Source: Naegleria gruberi | Taxonomy: Eukaryota | Direction: 5' to 3' (one strand) | Assembly (NCBI GenBank): GCA_000004985.1 | Contig: GG738851.1 | DNA length: 64,000 bases | Part shown: in pieces, positions 1-10,993 of the stretch | How the letters are laid out: the number at the start of each line of letters is the position of its first letter | Position numbering within the stretch: the first letter of the stretch is position 1 | The notes under the pieces: generated by a model | Told to the model about the DNA's origin: nothing | The model's input: the letters and a program-made list of their open reading frames with translations, nothing else | Database searches by the model: none | Program-made: the position numbers and the translations under genes

Positions 1-245
1 TTAGCTTACATTAAGTTGATGAAAGAAAGTTTGATACCGTTAAGCTGAAAATATCTATGCATAAAAATCATCTACTAACAAATTCCTCTTCAAGAATTTT
101 CGTATTTTAGTCGATTGTTCAATTTTTCATTGTATTTTAAGTGGATGACCATTCATGGCAGCTGTGCTTTGTTGTCATTGTAAAGTACCCAACGCAGGTT
201 GATACATGCAATGATGAAAAAAGTTTTTGAAAAAAAATATCATCA

Positions 246-794
246 ATGTCCGCCGAAGAACCAAAGATTGAAAACGTCGAAGAAGAAGAAGTCCCAACCT
301 TGGAAGATGTCCCTGTTGAACAACTCAAGGGTGAATCTGCTGCCGCTGCTGCTGCCAGACACAGACAATCAAAGGCTGAAAAGAAGAACAAGAAGGCCAT
401 TCTCAAGGCTGGTTTGAAGGAATATCCAGGTGTCAAGCAAGTCTCCATCAGAAGTGCTCAAAGACTCAACTTGACTATTGATGATCCAGAAGTTTTCATC
501 TCTGACAATGGTAACGGTACTGCTGTCTTTGTTGTTTTCGGTAAATTCAACATGGAAGATGCCACCCAACAAAGAGGACAACAAGCTGTTGCTGACTTGT
601 TGAAGCCAAAGGATGAAGTCCCAGTTGAAGCCACTGAATCCGATGAAACCCCAGAAGAACTCCCAGAAAATATTGCCGAAAAGGATGTCCAAATGGTCAT
701 TGAACAAACTGGTTTGTCCAGAAATGCTGCCATCAAGAAGATTAAGGAACACGGTGGTGACATCATTGAAGCTATCACTTCTGCTCAAAAGTAA
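246..794 (+). CDS. NACA: Nascent polypeptide-associated complex alpha subunit (NAC domain + C-terminal UBA)
   Basis: 182-aa ORF with NAC domain (…VKQVSIRSAQRLNLTIDDPEVF…) and C-terminal UBA-like tail (…LSRNAAIKKIKEHGGDIIEAITS). Single exon. Confidence 0.85.
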   Translation: MSAEEPKIENVEEEEVPTLEDVPVEQLKGESAAAAAARHRQSKAEKKNKKAILKAGLKEYPGVKQVSIRSAQRLNLTIDDPEVFISDNGNGTAVFVVFGKFNMEDATQQRGQQAVADLLKPKDEVPVEATESDETPEELPENIAEKDVQMVIEQTGLSRNAAIKKIKEHGGDIIEAITSAQK

Positions 795-912
795 ATTATT
801 AAAAAAAAAATTTAAATTCTCTTAAAAATTACAAAATAATTATTGTTTATGTGATGATATTGTTTATTTTTATTATTCAATTGAAAGGTAAGCTAACAAG
901 AAAGCTTACAAG

Positions 913-2856
913 TTAATGGAAAAATTGATTAATTTCTTGTGTTTCGTGGAATCTTCTGAGTATTTTGATTAAGCGCAGTGAAATAACACCAAAGGAATCT
1001 ACCTTGCCGTTTGGTGTCTTGAAACACAATTTACACAAATCTGCAAGTGCTGTCATCGTTTTTTGATAAATTTTTGAATACTTCTTTGCATCAATGTTCA
1101 AGCTTAAATCAGGCTCAGAACAAAGACTTCTATGCTCTACAAATAATAAATCATGAAAGACAACTGCAAAACTGTAAATATCTAAAGCTTTTTGATTTGT
1201 TGGTGAAATGGTACCAAATCTTAAAGAATTGTGCATATATCTGAATGTTCCAGTTCTGGAAGGAATTCCAATAGTTTTGGCAACGACTTCTGAAACTCCA
1301 AAATCTGCCAATTTTACCTCGGTTATTACCTTTCTATTTCCACATTGTCCAAAATTGAGAAGAATATTTGCTGGCTATTTTCATGTTCATCGATTTGTTC
1401 AAATCTCAATAAATGTTTTAACAATTAAATATGTCCTTACCTTTAAATCCTTATGAATAATATTTCTATTATGTAAATATTCCATAGCATATGAAATACT
1501 CAGTAAAATGACAAGCATTTCAGCAATTTTCTGTTCTTCTCCAAGTTGTTTAAAGTCATTGACAAGATAATTCTCCAAATCAATTTCCATCTTTTCAAGA
1601 AACATGCTGGTTTGATTATTTTCAGAAGTATAATTGAACAGCTTAATGATATTTGGATGATTCACATAAGACATGATGAAAACTTCATTATTCGACTTGT
1701 CAGTATTCTTGACAGCATATTTCTTTCCTTCAAAGCTGATGGAAAATACTTGACCTTGAGAGCCTTTTCCTAATGGTCCTTCAATTTCAAAGAGATTAAA
1801 GTCAGTTTTCGGATCAAACTCTCTCTCACGAATAACATTCAATAATTTTGATCGTTCTTTAAAATAATTATCTGAATCTCTAATTAATTCTCCTGGTCTT
1901 TGCATTGCATCAATGATATATTTCTCATGTTTCTCATCCTCAACCTCATTCCAAGCATGTGCTCCATTATAGGCTCCTCTCAATAATCTACATTTGATTC
2001 TATTATCCTCCGAATGAAGACAATCACATATTACCTTAAATAACAGAGCTCTATGTCTACACAGGCCCTTCTTGATTTTACCAAGAGGCACACAAGGTGA
2101 TGCTCGAGTGAGAATCTCCAACTCTTTCCTACACTCACTAGAAATATGTTCACCTCCCATTTCATCACTAACAAATTGAGAAAGTTCTCTATAGAAATTC
2201 GAAAGATCTTGTTGAAGAAATTTCCTTGCCTTTCGAATAATATCATTCAATGAATCATCTATTTGAAGATCTACATAAATTACCTCTCTATTACTATCAT
2301 TGCCATTCGAATATTTTGAAAAATCTTTAAATTCCTTATTGGATCTTCCTGGATCGTAAAATAAATTTCCATTTTTAATCTTGTGATCAAAATCAAGTGA
2401 ATGTGAAAAGTAGTAACGAGCAGAGAGGTTTTCAGTCAGAGTTTGATTAATGAGCTTTCTACTCATAAATTGTAATAAATTATGTTTCGAATATTCTTCC
2501 ATAGTTTCCAAGTCAGCTATTCTATTCAATACATGTTGAATAATTTCAATTTTTTTAACAAATTGAGGAGCTTTTACACTTTCCAAAATATTAGAGAATG
2601 ATTTCAAGATAATTCTTTCATAATTTGACACTTCTTGCAATGAATCATCAAAGACAGTTCTTTCATCGTCAAATTTTCCATCATCTGTCATGGTGTCATT
2701 TTCTTCTGTGAATTCGTTTTCTAATGGTTGAATTGGTGAAATGATGGGATTGTTTAGTTGATTGAGAGCTCTTTGAAAAAGTTCTGAATCAACTTTGGCC
2801 TTTCTTTCAATAAATTTTGAAACTATTCTTTTCGAAACTTGCAATTTCTTGCTCAT
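913..2856 (-). CDS. Ser/Thr protein kinase, 2 exons (2856-1441, 1374-913); possibly a third 5' ankyrin exon (see 2910-3257)
   Basis: N-lobe GKGSQGQVF…AVK…HKDLK ends at GTAAGG donor (intron 1375-1440, 66 nt). Acceptor …AAAATAG joins PANILLN…KLADFGVSE…GTFRYM in frame. Confidence 0.8.
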
Positions 2857-2909
2857 TACATTTTCTAAATATCTTGTGAAGGGAAGAGGATTCTACCAAA
2901 TATAATTAA

Positions 2910-3257
2910 TCATAAAACATTGAAACTTACTCCCAAATTCACATCAACCTTGTCACTTTCCAATAAAATTGATAGATACTCTTCGGAATTATTCAAAATC
3001 ACAAATTCCAATGCAGTCATTGCATTATATTTTACATTTACATCAACGTGTCCGATAATCAATTCCAATATCTTGGAACATTTACTTGTTTTACAAATTG
3101 CAAAGATTGCTGGCATGCCATCATCGGGATTTTTCAATATCAAATCTTTGGATGATTTTAAAAGTTCTTGAATGGTTTTATAGCCATCATCTTGATGATT
3201 TTCAATGGCAGTAAACAGCTGTTCAATGAGGTCAGGTGTTTTAAATGGGAGTGACAT
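2910..3257 (-). CDS. Ankyrin-repeat ORF; either stand-alone small protein or 5' exon of the downstream kinase via a 38-nt intron
   Basis: Ankyrin-like repeats (…AIFAICKTSKCSKILELIIGHVDVNVKYNAMTALEFVILN…). Canonical GTAAGT lies right after …VDVNLG, and the acceptor TTTGGTAG 38 nt on reads in frame into the kinase ATG. Confidence 0.5.
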   Translation of the reverse strand: MSLPFKTPDLIEQLFTAIENHQDDGYKTIQELLKSSKDLILKNPDDGMPAIFAICKTSKCSKILELIIGHVDVNVKYNAMTALEFVILNNSEEYLSILLESDKVDVNLGVSFNVL

Positions 3258-3313
3258 TTTTTTTTTCTTGAAGAAATTTGTAATGTGACAAATGATGCGA
3301 ATTCTCGAAATGG

Positions 3314-4975
3314 TTATTGTGTCAATACTTGCTCAACACATGAGGTACCTGCTAATCTACTAGTTATCCATGCAAGTGCAAAGTTAAAACCTCCAATTCT
3401 ACCAAAAGCATCCAAAACTTCACCACATAAGAAAAGATTTGGATGAATCTTACTTTCCATAGATGGAATATTAATTTGTGAAAGATCTACACCTCCTCCT
3501 GTAACTTCTGCCATCTTGAATCCCTTATTTCCACCAATATCTAATGGGAAACTAGTTAAATGTGAAATAATGGACCTTCTTTGGTCATTGCTTAGTCTGG
3601 AAACAAGCAAATCACTCATTGCCAAAGAATCGGTGATTAATTGGACGAGACGAATTGGTAAAAAGTTTGGTTCCGAGTTTTTGTGAATGAAATTCTTGAG
3701 AACGAGCTTGGAATTCTTTTGTTTGGCTTGTTGGAATTTTCTGTCCCATTCCTGAGCTGAGATGAGTGGAGTCCAATTCACATAGAGTTTCAATTGACAT
3801 GGTGGCTTTGCTGGTGAGTGGAAAAGTAGCCTTTCAATTTGTGATTTTTCAATGAGAGAAGAGGATTGGGGTGGATTTTCAACGAGTATATCCTTCATAC
3901 GTTGAGTTTCAAAATTGTAGAGACCTGGTATGGTTGCATGTGAAGGATTGAGACAAGCTGGGCCGGAATAACCTGTATGAGTGAAAAGGAAACCTTTTGG
4001 TTCTTCCATTTGATAGATTACCTTCCTTTCAGATCCATTTTCCAAACAAACTGTTAGAATTACATTTGGAATGGTCAATCCACTCAATTCCTTATGAATT
4101 AATTTCACTTTAGAATCTGAAACCAATGGTGTCAAGGCAGGATACATTGGCACAATGGAATGACCCAATTGAGAAAGTAACTGAACACCCACTCCATCAC
4201 TATTAATCACACTCAATCCTCCAGTTGACATGACCACTGATTTACATAAAACCGATTGGTTATCCCTATCATTATGTGAAAATTTCACATTCCATCCTCT
4301 TTCAGTTTTTTCCAATCCTTTCACATCACAATTATTCAAAATTGAAACTTTCACTCTTTCATTACTTTTATCAGTAATGCTCTTGAGAAATGCATCCAAA
4401 ACATCCTTGGCATCGTTTGATTGGGGGAAATATTTTCCAGATTCAACTTCCAATTCTAGTGGAATTTTCAATTCCTTTTCAAAGAATACTTTTTGTTGCT
4501 CAATTGGCCAAGTTTTCAATATTTGAAACAAGATATCTGGTCTACTTGAAAAGTATTTCAATTCCAAATCATTTTCCTTTTTGAAAGAAAGCCATTTGCT
4601 TTCATGTGGTATTAAATTACATCTAGAACCTCCAGACATGATGATTTTTCTTCCACATTGAGGCTTTCTTTCCAATAGTAGAATTTCAATCTTTTGATTC
4701 TTGTTTGATTTGAGGAGTGAAAGGGCTTTAGATTGAGCAAATTTAGTGCAATTTAATCCAGCAGCACCTCCTCCAACAATACAAATTCTCTTCACTTCCG
4801 ATGATGATGATAATTGTTTTGAAATGGTGAATGATTTAAAATTATTTAGAGTTGTGCAACTTGTTCCGATATTGTGCTGTTGTTGTATTAATATATTATT
4901 GAATTTTGATGTGGCAACAATTTTATGTTTCAATGAAGAACCATGCATCAATGATTGATAATTGAATTGTTTCAT
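3314..4975 (-). CDS. HI0933/YhiN-like FAD-dependent flavoprotein (BaiN/aminoacetone-oxidase family)
   Basis: Rossmann FAD motif ICIVGGGAAGLNC, family-typical MSGGSRCNL and C-terminal GEVLDAFGRIGGFNFALAW. N-terminal extension may be a targeting peptide. Confidence 0.75.
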   Translation of the reverse strand: MKQFNYQSLMHGSSLKHKIVATSKFNNILIQQQHNIGTSCTTLNNFKSFTISKQLSSSSEVKRICIVGGGAAGLNCTKFAQSKALSLLKSNKNQKIEILLLERKPQCGRKIIMSGGSRCNLIPHESKWLSFKKENDLELKYFSSRPDILFQILKTWPIEQQKVFFEKELKIPLELEVESGKYFPQSNDAKDVLDAFLKSITDKSNERVKVSILNNCDVKGLEKTERGWNVKFSHNDRDNQSVLCKSVVMSTGGLSVINSDGVGVQLLSQLGHSIVPMYPALTPLVSDSKVKLIHKELSGLTIPNVILTVCLENGSERKVIYQMEEPKGFLFTHTGYSGPACLNPSHATIPGLYNFETQRMKDILVENPPQSSSLIEKSQIERLLFHSPAKPPCQLKLYVNWTPLISAQEWDRKFQQAKQKNSKLVLKNFIHKNSEPNFLPIRLVQLITDSLAMSDLLVSRLSNDQRRSIISHLTSFPLDIGGNKGFKMAEVTGGGVDLSQINIPSMESKIHPNLFLCGEVLDAFGRIGGFNFALAWITSRLAGTSCVEQVLTQ

Positions 4976-5090
4976 TTTTTAACTTCAAAACTTTTCACAA
5001 CTCAATGATAATTGTAATGGATTTGGAATATTTGAGATTTTAGAAATTTAATTTTTTAATTTATATTTGGTTTGATTAATTTAGAGGAAC

Positions 5091-7133
5091 TTAGAATTGG
5101 AAGCGATTGAAGAGGAAACTTCTATAGTTAAAGCTTCTTGCTTCTTCTTCAGAATCGCCAGAATCATCAGAATCTTCGCTGACAGTGTGTGACTTTTGGT
5201 CAATAATAATGTCAACTGGGATGGTTGATTCTTCGCTAGTCATTCCCTCAAAGATTTTCTTCATTTCATCAGTAACAATACCGTGTTCTTCCAACAAAGA
5301 TTTGGCATCATCGTAATCACCTTCAGCTTGGATTTCCAAAACAGTTTCCAACAACTTGGTCATGGCACTTTCGAATTCGTTAGTATTAACAGCAAAAACA
5401 GTCTTTGAGCTTTCTTGGGAAACAGTGATAGCACCCTTAGCTCTCATATAGTTGAATGCAACAGCATTAGCCATAGCGTGAGCAGATTCACTGACACCAA
5501 ATCTAACACTTCTGAAAATACCAGCCAAGAATGTTGTGTAGAGGGCCTTCTTAGCAAGAACGTTAGCTGGAGCAGTAGCATCAACACTACTTAATCCGAA
5601 ATCAATAGTAGTGATATTGCTATCCATCATGTAAGACAACATCCACAATCCACCAATATCTGCCTTGAGTTCTTCAATTGGAGAGTAGTACTTGCCCAAA
5701 GCTTCACGCAAAGTCTTGCTTGTTTCAGCACCATTTTCAAAGACCTTTTGTGGACCCAAACCGTGCATCATTTCGTGGGCAAGAACTTGAGTGAAGAAGG
5801 CATTAAAGATGACAAAATTTTGTTGAGCTGATGAGATGACAAGCTTGGAAATTGGGAGGAGAATGTTATTGAACTTGGCCTTTTGAACATTCTTCAATAA
5901 AACTCTCTTAGATCCGTATTGTTCAATAATGCTTTCAGTGTTTGGCAAAGTATAAGCAACAGCCTTGATAGCACCATTGGCTTGACCACCAGCATAAATT
6001 TGATTGATAACTCTGATAGAATTGATAGCACCAACACTTCTGACTGGATATTTAGTGGTATCCATTGGCAAACCAGTTTCAATAGCTTGCAAGTTAGCCA
6101 AAACAACATTGATGAATTTGGTAGAATCAGAATCCTTATATCCAATGTAAGCTTCAAAAGCAGCCTTCAACCCCATCAATTCATCATCATAGGTTTCATA
6201 TGGGCCAATAGTAACTTCCAAAACAGAATTGCTATCAGTCATGTTCAACCAAGCAATATCGGAAAGTTCATAATTGTTTGAAGTGAAAGCATCAGCTCTG
6301 AGTTGAAGGAAGCTCTTCAAGTAAGAATCCTTTGGATTAGTCAAAAGATTGGCAGCAGCATGCAAGTACTTGACAGCCTTGGCCAACTTCTTTTCGTATT
6401 GAGTACTGTATTTAACAGGTGTCAATTTACCACTGCTTTCCTTAATGACAGTGTAAAAACTGGTTGCTTCAGCGTGAGCAGTAGAGTCCAATTCATTGAT
6501 CCATTCTTTGATTTCACTTTCAGTGACGTTTTCTGGATAGAAAGCAGCACCAGCAAGCTTCTTTTCTGGAACTTCGTGCTTTGGCTTTTCGGCAAGGAAA
6601 TCAAAAGGTTCCTTGACAAAGGATTCATCGTTACTGACTCTAACCCAAGGTCCGAAATTCAAATCAAACAAAGCCAAAGGCTTTCCATGACAGGCAGTTG
6701 GCAAAATTTCAGCTCTGAGGTGTGAATTTTCAGACCACATTTGATCTCTATAAATTTCTCCCATAACATCAGCAGCTTTCTTTAATTGAGTGATAACAGC
6801 ACTGTATTCTGTGGAAATTTGTGTATAAGATGTTGTTTGTTCCAATACGACAGTACTATACTTATTCAAGTGGTCTTGCACTTCTCCACATCCCAGTTCG
6901 GTTATAAACAAAACAGCAGCAAAAGCACAGAAACCTCCCAAAATTAACAAAATAATCAACAAGATGATGATAGCACCAATGTGATTTAAACACTTGAATT
7001 TAGAGAGAAATTTTTCACCAATAGTTTTTGTTGCTCTTACTGGATCTTCCAAATTTTCAAGGCTTGATGCTCTTGTTGTATCATTACCAGTTTCCTGGAG
7101 TTCAAAATCTTCTTCCTCCAATCGATGAGACAT
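5091..7133 (-). CDS. Peptidase family M49 (dipeptidyl-peptidase III-like) zinc metallopeptidase with N-terminal transmembrane anchor
   Basis: Zinc motif HEMMHG and a downstream EELKAD(…GGLW) (M49-like HExxGH…EExRAE). Hydrophobic segment IIILLIILLILGGFCAFAAVLFI near the N-terminus. Confidence 0.6.
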   Translation of the reverse strand: MSHRLEEEDFELQETGNDTTRASSLENLEDPVRATKTIGEKFLSKFKCLNHIGAIIILLIILLILGGFCAFAAVLFITELGCGEVQDHLNKYSTVVLEQTTSYTQISTEYSAVITQLKKAADVMGEIYRDQMWSENSHLRAEILPTACHGKPLALFDLNFGPWVRVSNDESFVKEPFDFLAEKPKHEVPEKKLAGAAFYPENVTESEIKEWINELDSTAHAEATSFYTVIKESSGKLTPVKYSTQYEKKLAKAVKYLHAAANLLTNPKDSYLKSFLQLRADAFTSNNYELSDIAWLNMTDSNSVLEVTIGPYETYDDELMGLKAAFEAYIGYKDSDSTKFINVVLANLQAIETGLPMDTTKYPVRSVGAINSIRVINQIYAGGQANGAIKAVAYTLPNTESIIEQYGSKRVLLKNVQKAKFNNILLPISKLVISSAQQNFVIFNAFFTQVLAHEMMHGLGPQKVFENGAETSKTLREALGKYYSPIEELKADIGGLWMLSYMMDSNITTIDFGLSSVDATAPANVLAKKALYTTFLAGIFRSVRFGVSESAHAMANAVAFNYMRAKGAITVSQESSKTVFAVNTNEFESAMTKLLETVLEIQAEGDYDDAKSLLEEHGIVTDEMKKIFEGMTSEESTIPVDIIIDQKSHTVSEDSDDSGDSEEEARSFNYRSFLFNRFQF

Positions 7134-7777
7134 TTTCGCAGCAAATATTTTTCTCGGCTATTAGGAACACAAAGCTGATGATGATGAAAAATATTATTTG
7201 TATCGTTATCGCGCTCACGATGTATTTATATTTTTTTTTAAAGCAATTAAAAAATCATTTCAATTATTTATTAATTCTACCGATAATGCCAACAGCGGTT
7301 CGCTATTCTTGTCCATGTTGCCAAAATTATCTAGCCCTAGCAGAGCTTCGTAAACGTTGATTTTCTGCTGCTGCATATTGGTACTGACCATGCTGGTTAG
7401 AGATAATGGAATGAGCATCCAATTGCTAATAATAATTCATGGCGTAATCTGTGAAATAATTATAGAGAAGGCACTGTTGGATGGATAGCACATTAGAGTG
7501 ATGATTGATACTTGGTGAGGTTTTATTTTGGATATTGAGGAGAATTTGAACGATTTTCGAAACTGAAAAACAAATGTTTGTTTAAAAGGTTTATTTTTGG
7601 AAAAAAAGATTAAATTGACTGGATTGAACCATTATTGATCATTTATTAATGTTATCTACAGTAAAGATTCTAATATTAAGAATGAAAATAATTGAGTATT
7701 TAAATTATTAAGCCAATTTTTCAATATTTTCTTAATTTTCTCAATTTTCATTTAAATTTTTAAATTTTAAAAAAAAT

Positions 7778-9547
7778 ATGAACAGCTCCTCCATTATTAC
7801 ATCCTTTGATAATTTATTTCCTCTCGATCAGAGAGCGGAAGTCAAGCAAAAATTGGCTTACGGAACAGCCGGATTTAGAATGAAGGCAGATTCTATTCTT
7901 GATAGAGTTGTTTTCACTGTCGGATTGTTGGCTTGTTTGAGAGCATTGGATAAGAAGGAATCTGTTGGTGTGATGATTACTGCTAGTCACAATGGAGCAC
8001 AAGATAATGGTGTAAAATTGGTAGATCCTACAGGTGAAATGTTAGAATCTACTTGGGAAGAAAAAGCTGTTCGTTTGGCTAATTGTATTCATGACGCCAA
8101 GTTGATGAGCGAAAAATTTGATGAATTGGTTTCGGAATTGAAATTGGATTTAACTAAACCAATCGGAAAGACTTTGTGCATTTCTGTTGCAAAGGATACT
8201 AGAACTAGTAGTGATAGATTGGTTTCAAGCTTGAAAACAGCTGTTTCTCTCTTTGAAAATTTAGGAATTGTTCACGTGGATTATGGACTCATGATTACTC
8301 CACAACTTCACTATATGGTCATGTTGACTAATCATCATGAGGAAACTAAATCATTCCTTGTCAATACTCAATTCTCATCACCACAAGAAAGACAACAAGT
8401 AGTTCAAGAAACTCTTGTTAAGAATGAAAGTATTTATTATCAAGATATTTCCAATGCTTTCAATTTATTATACAGAGGAGGTGAAAAGGAAATTACTATG
8501 GATTGTGCATTTGGAGTTGGAGGAAAGAAAATCAAACAATTACAATCAAGTTTAAAGGATGTTAAATTTACTCTTGTCAATGATTATGAAACTGTAGGAG
8601 TTGAGGAATCACAAAAATATCTTAATCATGATTGTGGTGCTGAACATGTTCAAAAGCAAAAGGCTGTTCCAATCAATTGTGAAAATTTCAAGAGTGTTGC
8701 CAGTATTGATGGAGATGGTGACAGACTTGTTTATTTCTTTAGAGATGAACAAAATGAATTGGTCTTGTTGGATGGTGATAAGATTGCCACTCTCTTGGTT
8801 AAATTTATTGGTGAATTGTTGACCAAGACTGGACTTTTGGATCAATTAATTGTTGGTGTTGTTCAAACAGCATATGCTAATGGTTCAAGCACAACCTATT
8901 TGAAGCAAATTCTTGGAGAACAACGTATTTTCTGTGTTCCAACTGGTGTCAAATACCTCCATCATAAGGCTAAAGAACTCGATGTTGGTATTTATTTTGA
9001 AGCTAATGGACATGGTACTGTTATTTTCTCAGAAAAGGCCAATAAGGCAATTAATGAAATGTACAATAGAAGCACCACACAAGGAGGTGAAAGTAGTGAA
9101 TTTGTTCAAGCCATCTCTGACTTGTTTGCCCTCACCAAGTTGATTAATCCAACAGTTGGTGATGCTTTCAGTGATTTACTCGTTGTTGAAGTTGTTTTGG
9201 GTTATTACGGCTGGAGTTATGTAGATTGGGATAAGAATCTCTATACTGATGTTCCAAGTGTTCAAGACAAGTTAAAGGTCAAGGACAGAACTATTATTAA
9301 GGTTTCAGCAGACGAAACTCAAGTTGTTTCTCCAGAAGGTATTCAAAACAAGATCAATGAATGTGTTTTAAAGGTCAATAAGGGTCGTGCTTTTATTCGT
9401 CCAAGTGGTACTGAGGACGTTGTGAGAGTTTATGCTGAAGCAGAAACCAAGGAAGAAGCCAAAGAATTGGCAATTGACGTATTACACATAATCTACAATG
9501 ATTTGAATGGAACAGAACAACCACCAGCCAAATCATCAAAACTCTAA
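7778..9547 (+). CDS. AGM1: Phosphoacetylglucosamine mutase (AGM1/PGM3)
   Basis: GTAGFRMKA…, active-site region GVMITASHN…NGVK, alpha-D-phosphohexomutase domain order. 589 aa, single exon. Confidence 0.85.
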   Translation: MNSSSIITSFDNLFPLDQRAEVKQKLAYGTAGFRMKADSILDRVVFTVGLLACLRALDKKESVGVMITASHNGAQDNGVKLVDPTGEMLESTWEEKAVRLANCIHDAKLMSEKFDELVSELKLDLTKPIGKTLCISVAKDTRTSSDRLVSSLKTAVSLFENLGIVHVDYGLMITPQLHYMVMLTNHHEETKSFLVNTQFSSPQERQQVVQETLVKNESIYYQDISNAFNLLYRGGEKEITMDCAFGVGGKKIKQLQSSLKDVKFTLVNDYETVGVEESQKYLNHDCGAEHVQKQKAVPINCENFKSVASIDGDGDRLVYFFRDEQNELVLLDGDKIATLLVKFIGELLTKTGLLDQLIVGVVQTAYANGSSTTYLKQILGEQRIFCVPTGVKYLHHKAKELDVGIYFEANGHGTVIFSEKANKAINEMYNRSTTQGGESSEFVQAISDLFALTKLINPTVGDAFSDLLVVEVVLGYYGWSYVDWDKNLYTDVPSVQDKLKVKDRTIIKVSADETQVVSPEGIQNKINECVLKVNKGRAFIRPSGTEDVVRVYAEAETKEEAKELAIDVLHIIYNDLNGTEQPPAKSSKL

Positions 9548-9555
9548 ATAATATA

Positions 9556-10338
9556 CTAATTTTCTTCGCTTACTTCGTCCTTCCAAAAATTCTTGTAATT
9601 CTCAGGAATATCAGTAATTTGCAGTAACAAATTTGGGTGATGAGCAAAAACTTCCTTTATCACCTTTACTTTTCCATTTAAAGTCCAATAAGAGAAGGCA
9701 TAAAAGAGTTTTGGATACTTTTCGAAAAAGTTTCTATAGGTTATTCTTACTTGCTCCGTATGATTATTCTTCTTTTGTGTAAGAAATTTGTGATTAATTT
9801 GAATATGTTTCTTATTTTCAGATAATTCGTCTAAATTTTCCAATTCCTCTAGTGTGGGAAGTTCCGATTTGGCCACTTCCTCCATTTTGGCTTTCCACTC
9901 ATTAAATAATTCAAGATTTTTGATTGGTGGAGGTTCTTTCTTTTTCTTTGCAGGCTTTTCAAAATCTGTTGATGATGATTCAGAGTTGATTTTCCTCTTT
10001 GACTTGTCCGATGATCGTGTTACAGCTTTTGAATTGCTTGACTCATTCTCGATCAAAAGTTCAAGTTTTTCAACAAGTTGTTTCGCAGATTCAGCAGAAA
10101 TAGTTTTAAATATTAATTCATAAACCTTTTCAGGCTCTATATTACATTTCAATGCCAAATTCAAGCCTTTTGCATTGTAATCGGGTGAAGGCTTTCCATT
10201 CGGTTGTGCATTCTCATTCGAATTACTACTCGATTCACGACCTGAACCAACACTACTACTTGCACCACTATTATTGGGAGTAAATAAATCCACTGCTGAT
10301 GAAGATGAACCCGATGCAATTGGCAAAAAGAAATCCAT
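9556..10338 (-). CDS. Hypothetical Ser-rich/charged protein
   Basis: 260-aa ORF with low-complexity Ser/Lys/Glu regions. No confident domain. Confidence 0.4.
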   Translation of the reverse strand: MDFFLPIASGSSSSAVDLFTPNNSGASSSVGSGRESSSNSNENAQPNGKPSPDYNAKGLNLALKCNIEPEKVYELIFKTISAESAKQLVEKLELLIENESSNSKAVTRSSDKSKRKINSESSSTDFEKPAKKKKEPPPIKNLELFNEWKAKMEEVAKSELPTLEELENLDELSENKKHIQINHKFLTQKKNNHTEQVRITYRNFFEKYPKLFYAFSYWTLNGKVKVIKEVFAHHPNLLLQITDIPENYKNFWKDEVSEEN

Positions 10339-10993
10339 CTCGTGTATTTTTTTTTTGAGTTTTCTTTTTTTTTTTCTGTTTGTTTTTCGGTGTTGTTATT
10401 ATTTTGTGATTGGTTAGGACTTGATTTTACAATATTAGGCTTGTTAAAAATTAAGTGAGTGGTTCAAGCAGGTTTGGAATCTGGATTTTGTTGAAATACG
10501 AATGCTATGAGGTTGTATAAAAGAAATGATTATTTATCTGTCAGTAATCATTTCGACATTTTTTCAATATTGGTTGGAGATGAGTTAAACATCTCTATTA
10601 CAATCACAGCAATGCATAATAAAAACAACTCATCTCCAACCAATCATTGTTCTTCACACATACAAACACAAGAGTTTCACCAAATTCAAAAAAGCTCTTA
10701 TTTGGTCAACTCGCATTCACTGTTTCCAAATAAAAAACAATCATTACTAGTAAATTCTACGAAAATTATGCATGATCAACTCAAAACTTGTAAAAACTAA
10801 TCCATTTTCAGATGAATCTTCGTTCCCACGCGCATATTCTTCCATCTTTAGGAAAATTATCGCCTCCCAAAAAAACACTTCAATTGGCTTACAATACAAC
10901 ATTGGACTAATACTTTACAATAACAGCATCCAAATAACCCAAATAAATCAGCGATAGAGTAACACATCTAGCCTTCAATAACACACAAAAAAA

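Noticed and set aside
369-788. Antisense ORFs 369..788 (139 aa) and 458..778 (106 aa) opposite the NAC-alpha gene. Similar long antisense ORFs occur opposite other genes, for example 14801..15256, 5894..6157, 27351..27770, 28317..28733 and 56260-57012.
   Set aside because: They fully overlap well-supported conserved CDSs on the other strand, have low-complexity composition and no recognisable motifs. They are expected artefacts of AT-rich codon usage.
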